Source: Azolla caroliniana (Eukaryota; Plantae; Polypodiophyta). From it: a stretch of DNA of 64,000 nucleotides. The translations under genes were made by a program, and so were the position numbers. The DNA is taken from contig JBHGNT010000004.1 in assembly GCA_043228905.1 (NCBI GenBank), forward strand, positions 12,400,001 through 12,464,000. The letters are read 5' to 3'. The notes below the pieces were generated by a model that was given only the letters and a program-made list of their open reading frames with translations, was not told the DNA's origin and did no database searches. This document shows positions 63,385 to 64,000 of the stretch, in pieces; the first letter of the stretch is position 1; each line of letters begins with the position of its first letter.

Positions 63385-64000
63385 AGTTAGTTAGCTTATT
63401 AGCTACCTCCGAATATGACCATACCCAAATAGCTAATTACCTACCTCAGAATATGACCATAGTTAACTAGCTACCAGTAATAGCTAATTAGCTCCCTAAG
63501 AATATCATTGCCAGAATAGCTAATTAGCTACTATTCATAGCTATTTAGCTACCATATTAGCCAATTATATGCCTATAAAAATAGCTAATTAGCTGCTTAT
63601 GACTATAGCTAATTAGCTACCAGAATTGCTAATCCCCTACTAGAATAGCTATTGTACTAAACTATGGTAGTAGTTAATTAACTACTGCATTAAACTATGG
63701 TAGTAGCTAATTAGCTACTGCATTAAACTTTGGTAGTAGCTAATTAGCAACCACTTAGCTAATTATCTACTCATCTAAAGTATGGTCATAGCTAATTAGC
63801 TACCATACTAAACTATGGTAGTAGCTAATTAGCTAGTCACCTAAAGTATGGTAGTAGCTAATTAGCTACCAGTTAGCTAATTAGCGACGCAACTAAAGTA
63901 TGGTACTAGCTAATTAGCAACTATAACTAAAGTATGGTAGTAGCTAATTAGTTCCCACTTCACTATGGTAGTAGCTAATTAGCTACTCATCTAAAGTATG
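63385..64000. repeat. AT-rich satellite built on the palindrome TAGCTAATTAGCTA (~33-bp units), running off the window
   Basis: taaactatggtagtagctaattagctactgcat-type units at 63658, 63691, 63724 and onward. Confidence 0.9.

Overview
Plant nuclear DNA, probably from a seed-free land plant (inferred from Tcn1-like chromoviruses and the copia/gypsy lineages present). About 80% of the window is nested, degenerate LTR retrotransposons, labelled here by letter. There are four chromodomain-bearing Ty3/gypsy elements (A 1-5244, B 5372-16759, F 26772-37821, J 47897-50808). There are six Ty1/copia elements or remnants (H, C, D, E, L, G), one truncated non-chromovirus gypsy (I), one non-autonomous gag-only LTR element with a tRNA-Trp PBS (K) and a probable solo LTR. 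The rest holds a degenerate L1 LINE 3' fragment, a foldback/MITE-like inverted repeat and two tandem-repeat arrays. The only intact host gene is a single-exon dirigent-family gene (43811-44356, minus strand). The most notable signal is an LTR architecture shared by all four chromoviruses: an antisense tRNA-derived Pol III cassette at the outer end of U3 (canonical 45-nt U8-to-G53 spacing where both boxes are measurable, in B, F and J), then phased heat-shock-element arrays and a TATA box. In A, B and F an 11-12-nt self-primer at the predicted start site is complementary to a non-tRNA PBS (Tf1-type self-priming), and B and F have a -1 frameshift signal at the gag-pol junction. All coordinates were read by eye; no alignment or database search was run.
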